DNA of 64,000 bases from an uncultured Acidobacteriota bacterium. Its GTDB lineage: Bacteria > Acidobacteriota > Thermoanaerobaculia > UBA5066. Positions 59,700-64,000 of the stretch are shown in pieces. Numbering within the stretch: position 1 is the stretch's first letter; each line of letters opens with the position of its first letter. Location of the stretch: contig CAVZYA010000002.1 of the NCBI GenBank assembly GCA_963779415.1, positions 704,001 to 768,000 of the forward strand. The letters are read 5' to 3'. A program made the position numbers and the translations under genes. The notes beneath the pieces are model-generated. The model made no database searches, had not been told where the DNA came from, and saw only the letters and a program-made list of their open reading frames with translations.

Positions 59700-62600
59700 A
59701 TGAATCGGGCAGGCCGGGGCGTTCTGGCGGCGGGGGCACTGCTCCTCTTCGTGGCCCGCGCCGCCGGCGCCGACGAGCCGGCGGGCGCGGCTCGTCTCTT
59801 CGAGGGCCGCCTCGTCTTTGCGACCTACGGGCGAGACGACGGGCTCGAGGACCTGAACGTCGAGGCGATTCTCCAGGATCGGACGGGCTTTCTCTGGCTG
59901 GGGACGGGCAACGGTCTCTACCGGTTCGACGGCCGCCGCTTCGTCCGCATGGGAGCGAACCTCGCGTCGCTCGACACGCGCGTCACGGCCCTCCACGAGG
60001 CGCCGGACGGTGTCCTCTACGTCGGGACGGGCGCCGGCCTCGCCCGGCGCGAGAAGGAGCCGTTCGTCGCGCTCGGCAGGGAGTCGGGGCTTCCGGCTTC
60101 CGAGATCCTCGCGGGCCTGATCGCGACGGACCCCGGCGGAAGGCTCCTCGTCGGGACGCGACAGGGTCTCTACAGGGAAGAGGGCGGGCGATTCGTCCCC
60201 GTCCCCCGTCCGGACGGGGGTCCGGAGAGCCGGATCACGGCGCTTCACGTCGATTCCGCGGGGGCGGTCTGGACGGCGCGCGGACGCTCGCTCGTCGTGT
60301 CGGACAAGGAGGGATGGCACGACCTCGGCGCGAATCTTCCGATCCCGGCCGGCGAGCAGATCGACCGGATCGTGACCGATGGCGCCGGGCGCGTTTTCCT
60401 CCGAACGCTCCGGACGCTCTGGGTGCGCGAGCGGGGGACGATCACCTTCGTCCGCGACGACGACGGACTCCCGGCATCGAGCGAGTTCGGGAGGCTTGCG
60501 CTCGGGAGAGACGGCGAGATCCTCGTGCCGACGATCCGCGGTCTCGCTCGGAAGAGGGGGGGCGTCTGGACCCTGATCGGAAAGAGGGAAGGGCTCCCCG
60601 GTCCGGCGGCGAATGCCGCCCTCGTGGACCGGGAAGGCTCTCTCTGGGTCGGACTCGCCGGAGAAGGGCTCGCGCGTCGGCTGGGCGAGGGCGTTTTCAC
60701 CGGAGCGGGCGAGGACGAAGGGCTCGCTCACAACCTGGTCTGGGCGATCGCGCGGGAGGAATCGGGAGGAGTCCGGGGCGCGCTCTGGGTCGGGACGGAG
60801 GAGGGGCTGAACCGGATCGACCCGCGCGACGGCTCGATCGCGACGTTTCGCCGGAAGGACGGGCTCGGCGGAGACGCGGTCCAGGCGCTCGCGGCCTTTC
60901 CGGACGGCCGGCTCTACGCGGGGCACTGGCCGGGAGGCATCACGCGGATCGGGCCCGGGCAGGAGGCCTTTCGACGGTGCCGGTTCGAAGGAGCCGATCC
61001 GTTGGGCCTTCGGGTCGTCTCGCTCTTCCGGACACGGGGGGGCGAACTTTTCGCGGGGACGAACCGGGGCGTCTTCCGTCTCCCGGAAGGGGAAAGGGAC
61101 TCGTTCGTTCCGGTCGCCGTGCCGGAGCCGACGGCCGGATGGCGGATGTTCGCCTTCGGCGAGGACGCGGAGGGAATCGTCTGGGCGGCCGGCGAGGGAG
61201 GGCTCTACCGGATGACGGGTCCCAGGCCGCGGCGATTCGGCCCGGAAGACGGCTTTCGCGCACGTGATCTCTCGGGTCTCGTCGTCCTCGACGACGGGAG
61301 CTTCGCGGTCGGATATCGCGATGTCACCGGCGTCGACCGGGTGTCTGTCCGCGGCGACAGGCTGACGATGACGCCGCTTTCCCCGCCCGCCGGAGGGGCA
61401 CCGGGGAAGAGCGTCTTCCTCGGCCGCAACGCGTCCGGGGCTCTCTGGTCGGGGACGGAGGTCGGCCTCGACGTCTATCCGGCGAAAGGTCCGGCGGTCC
61501 ACTACGGCCGATCGGACGGCCTCCTGACCGACGACATGAACCAGAACGCGTTTCTCGCGGAGCCGGACGGGACGGTCTGGATCGGAACGAGCCGCGGCCT
61601 CGTCCGTTACCGGTCGGGCGAGGCTTCCCGGAGGCGGTGGCCGCCTCGCATCGTCCTTCTCGAGGCGTGGGCCGGGCGCCGGCCGCTCGACCTCGCCGCT
61701 CCGGTGCGGCTCTCGCGAGGAGAGAGGGACCTTCGACTTTCGTGGGCGGCGCTCACCTTCGTCGATCCCCGGCGCGTCCACTATTTCTATCGCCTCGCGG
61801 GCCTCGAGGACGCCCCCATCGAGACGACGCTCCCGGAAGTCCGGTACTCCGCCCTTCCCTCGGGGCACTATCGGTTCGAGGTCTCGGCCATCACGGCTGC
61901 GGGCATCCCGAGCGAGGGATCCGCGGTGCTCGTCGTCTCGGTGGCGCCGGCCTGGTGGGAGGAATCATGGGCGTGGATCCTCGGCGGCCTCGTCCTCGGC
62001 CTCGGCGTGGCCGGTATCACGATGTGGCGAACGAGGGCGCTCGAGACCGAGCGACAGCGGCTCGAAGCGGCGGTCGCGGAGCGGAGCGCCGCCCTCGCGG
62101 CGTTGAATCGCGAGCTCGAGGAGGCCTCCCTCACGGACCCGCTCACCAGCCTCCGCAACCGGCGTTTCTTCTCGGCCGAGGTCGGCCGCGAGATCGCGAA
62201 CGTCCTAAGGGCCTTCCGGCCGTCGGGAGGCGGGTTCCCGCCGGAGGGGCGCGACATCGTCTTCTATCTGGTCGATCTCGACCACTTCAAGGAGATCAAC
62301 GACCTTTTCGGACACGACGTCGGGGACACCGTCCTCGTCGAGGTCGCCGTCCGGCTCGGCCGGGTCGTCCGGAAGGGAGACTGGCTGGTCCGCTGGGGAG
62401 GAGAAGAGTTCCTCATCGTCCTCCGGGAGGGAGGCCGCGATCAGGCCAGCATCCTCGCGGAGCGGATCCTTCTGGCCATCTCGCGCGAGCCCTTCGATCT
62501 CGGCAAGGGACGGAAGCTCTGGCGGACCTGCTCGGTCGGATGGGCGGTCTTCCCGAGCCTCCCCGCCTTCCCCGAGGCCGTGAGCTACGAGGACGTCCTG

Positions 62601-62783
62601 CGTCTCGCGGACCGGGCTCTTCTCTTCGCGAAGCGCTCGGGGCGCCACCAGTCGGTAGGCTTTCTCCTCGAGGAGGGGATGAGCGCCGAAGAGGCGCAGT
62701 CGGTGGTCCGCCGGTCGGCCGAGGACGGGGACGAGAAGGGGCTGCGGCTCGTCCGGTCCGAGGGGCCCGTCACGCCGGAGTGA
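59700..62783 (+). CDS. Diguanylate cyclase with periplasmic beta-propeller/Y_Y_Y sensor
   Basis: Reg_prop repeats (LWLGT..GL), TM helix, TDPLT, DLDHFKEIND, RKGD I-site, GGEEF. Confidence 0.92.
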   Translation: MNRAGRGVLAAGALLLFVARAAGADEPAGAARLFEGRLVFATYGRDDGLEDLNVEAILQDRTGFLWLGTGNGLYRFDGRRFVRMGANLASLDTRVTALHEAPDGVLYVGTGAGLARREKEPFVALGRESGLPASEILAGLIATDPGGRLLVGTRQGLYREEGGRFVPVPRPDGGPESRITALHVDSAGAVWTARGRSLVVSDKEGWHDLGANLPIPAGEQIDRIVTDGAGRVFLRTLRTLWVRERGTITFVRDDDGLPASSEFGRLALGRDGEILVPTIRGLARKRGGVWTLIGKREGLPGPAANAALVDREGSLWVGLAGEGLARRLGEGVFTGAGEDEGLAHNLVWAIAREESGGVRGALWVGTEEGLNRIDPRDGSIATFRRKDGLGGDAVQALAAFPDGRLYAGHWPGGITRIGPGQEAFRRCRFEGADPLGLRVVSLFRTRGGELFAGTNRGVFRLPEGERDSFVPVAVPEPTAGWRMFAFGEDAEGIVWAAGEGGLYRMTGPRPRRFGPEDGFRARDLSGLVVLDDGSFAVGYRDVTGVDRVSVRGDRLTMTPLSPPAGGAPGKSVFLGRNASGALWSGTEVGLDVYPAKGPAVHYGRSDGLLTDDMNQNAFLAEPDGTVWIGTSRGLVRYRSGEASRRRWPPRIVLLEAWAGRRPLDLAAPVRLSRGERDLRLSWAALTFVDPRRVHYFYRLAGLEDAPIETTLPEVRYSALPSGHYRFEVSAITAAGIPSEGSAVLVVSVAPAWWEESWAWILGGLVLGLGVAGITMWRTRALETERQRLEAAVAERSAALAALNRELEEASLTDPLTSLRNRRFFSAEVGREIANVLRAFRPSGGGFPPEGRDIVFYLVDLDHFKEINDLFGHDVGDTVLVEVAVRLGRVVRKGDWLVRWGGEEFLIVLREGGRDQASILAERILLAISREPFDLGKGRKLWRTCSVGWAVFPSLPAFPEAVSYEDVLRLADRALLFAKRSGRHQSVGFLLEEGMSAEEAQSVVRRSAEDGDEKGLRLVRSEGPVTPE

Positions 62784-62793
62784 GTCTCTCCCT

Positions 62794-63633
62794 TCACCCC
62801 CCGAGCGCGGCGTCGAGGGCGGAGCGTAGATCCGGATGGCGGAAAGAGAATCCGAGCGCGAGGGCCCGTTTCGGAACGGCCCGCTGACCGTCGAGAAGGA
62901 GCGTCGCCATCTCGCCGAAGACGAGGCGGAGCGCCGCGGCCGGGGCCGGGACGACCGCGGGGCGATGGAGCGCGGCGCCGAGCGCGGTCGCGAAGTCGCG
63001 GTTCCGTACGGGGGCGGGGGCCGTTCCGTTCAGGGCCCCCGCGGCGGCCTTGTTCCGAAGGGCGAAGAGAAAGAGCGAGACGAGGTCGTCCCGGTGGATC
63101 CATGACATCCACTGCAGGCCCGTCCCGACCCTTCCTCCCGCGAAGGCCTTGAAGGCCGGAAGCATCTTCGCGAGCGCTCCCCCGTCCGCGGCGAGTACGA
63201 CGCCGGTCCGGATCCGGACGACCCGAACTCCGAGAAGGAGAGCCGCGGCCGCCTCTCCCTCCCACCGGACGCAGAGGCGGGCGAGAAAGTCGTCGCCGGG
63301 AGGCGCTTCCTCGTCCAGCTCCTCGTCCCCTCTTGCCCCGTAGTAGCCGACGGCGGAGGCGGAGACGAGAACGGAGGGCCTCGCCTTCGCGGACGCGATC
63401 GCCGCGACGAGACGCCGCGTTCCCTCCGTCCGACTCCCTTCGATCCGGAGCCTCGCCGCGTCGGTCCAGCGCTGGGCGATCGGCTCCCCCGAGAGATTCA
63501 CGACGGCGTCGGCGGCCTCCACTCCGGAGATGTCGTCGCGCTGCGGGACGACGACGTCGTCCCCTTCCGCGCGGAGTCGCGCGGCGAGAGCCCGTCCGAT
63601 GAAGCCCGTTCCTCCCGTGACGACGACGCGCAT
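62794..63633 (-). CDS. TIGR01777/YfcH-family NAD-dependent epimerase
   Basis: VTGGTGFIG, SASAVGYYG, QWMSWIH. Confidence 0.9.
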   Translation of the reverse strand: MRVVVTGGTGFIGRALAARLRAEGDDVVVPQRDDISGVEAADAVVNLSGEPIAQRWTDAARLRIEGSRTEGTRRLVAAIASAKARPSVLVSASAVGYYGARGDEELDEEAPPGDDFLARLCVRWEGEAAAALLLGVRVVRIRTGVVLAADGGALAKMLPAFKAFAGGRVGTGLQWMSWIHRDDLVSLFLFALRNKAAAGALNGTAPAPVRNRDFATALGAALHRPAVVPAPAAALRLVFGEMATLLLDGQRAVPKRALALGFSFRHPDLRSALDAALGG

Positions 63634-63682
63634 GGACGCCTCCATGAACCATCGTATCCGCCGCACGCCGTATAGTGAACGG

Positions 63683-64000
63683 GTGCGATACGCGTCCCGG
63701 CGCCGGAAGGGGCTTCTCCTCGCGGTGGCCCTCGCCATCGTCTCCGGGCTCGCCGCGGCTGGTGCGCGGTCGGCCCCCACGGCGCCCCCCGTCGATCCGG
63801 AGGAGATCGCCCGTCGCGTCGCCAGCAACCAGCGCCTGATGGAGAAGCGGTGGAGCGGCGCGACGTACGACTTTCTCGACGTCCGGACGACGTACGACAA
63901 GAACGGGCGCCCGAAGGAGATTCACCGCCGCCTCTTCTACGTCCTCGCCGGAGAGGGGGGACATCCGGACTCACGCGAGCTGGTCGATGTGGACGGGCGG
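63683..64000 (+). CDS. Secreted hypothetical protein, partial (runs off window)
   Basis: GTG 6 nt after TATAGT; basic plus hydrophobic signal peptide; open to the window end. Confidence 0.6.
   Translation, partial: MRYASRRRKGLLLAVALAIVSGLAAAGARSAPTAPPVDPEEIARRVASNQRLMEKRWSGATYDFLDVRTTYDKNGRPKEIHRRLFYVLAGEGGHPDSRELVDVDGR

Noticed and set aside
1-64000. CRISPR arrays, rRNA, IS elements, prophage or defence systems
   Set aside because: No regularly spaced repeats, rRNA-like tracts, transposases or phage genes seen; nearly all sequence is accounted for by the listed genes.

Overview
A very GC-rich bacterial chromosomal segment, about 58 genes plus one tRNA-Gln(CUG). The gene content suggests Acidobacteriota, possibly Thermoanaerobaculia; that is inference, not tested. 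Most of it is housekeeping: mqnA/mqnC, pruA, glnS-gltX, cysK, clpB-hsp20, queCE/queD, truA-uppS-cdsA-dxr-rseP-ispG, nfo, rpe, bamD, tatA, rlmN, pgeF and ettA. The standout is a co-directional 8-gene electron-transfer operon (3260-11483) behind a Cys-rich PAS-LuxR regulator. It encodes a Cyc2-type cytochrome-porin, a type-1 copper protein, an NAD(P)-linked Fe-S flavoprotein, a Rieske protein, split cytochrome b and subunit IV, an octaheme cytochrome c and a monoheme lipoprotein. Together these could form a wire from the cell surface to the quinone pool and NAD(H). The second highlight is a tetraether-lipid-synthase (Tes/MJ0619)-like radical SAM gene under 2 kb from a TIGR03960/DUF2344 B12 radical SAM gene, a candidate membrane-spanning-lipid locus. 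Also noted: a vasohibin-like Cys-His-Ser peptidase, an AT-hook protein, and a recurring TAnnnT box 6-9 nt upstream of many start codons. Several frameshifts in conserved genes indicate indel errors in the assembly. No CRISPR array, rRNA or mobile element was seen. All family calls come from reading motifs by eye; no database search was run.
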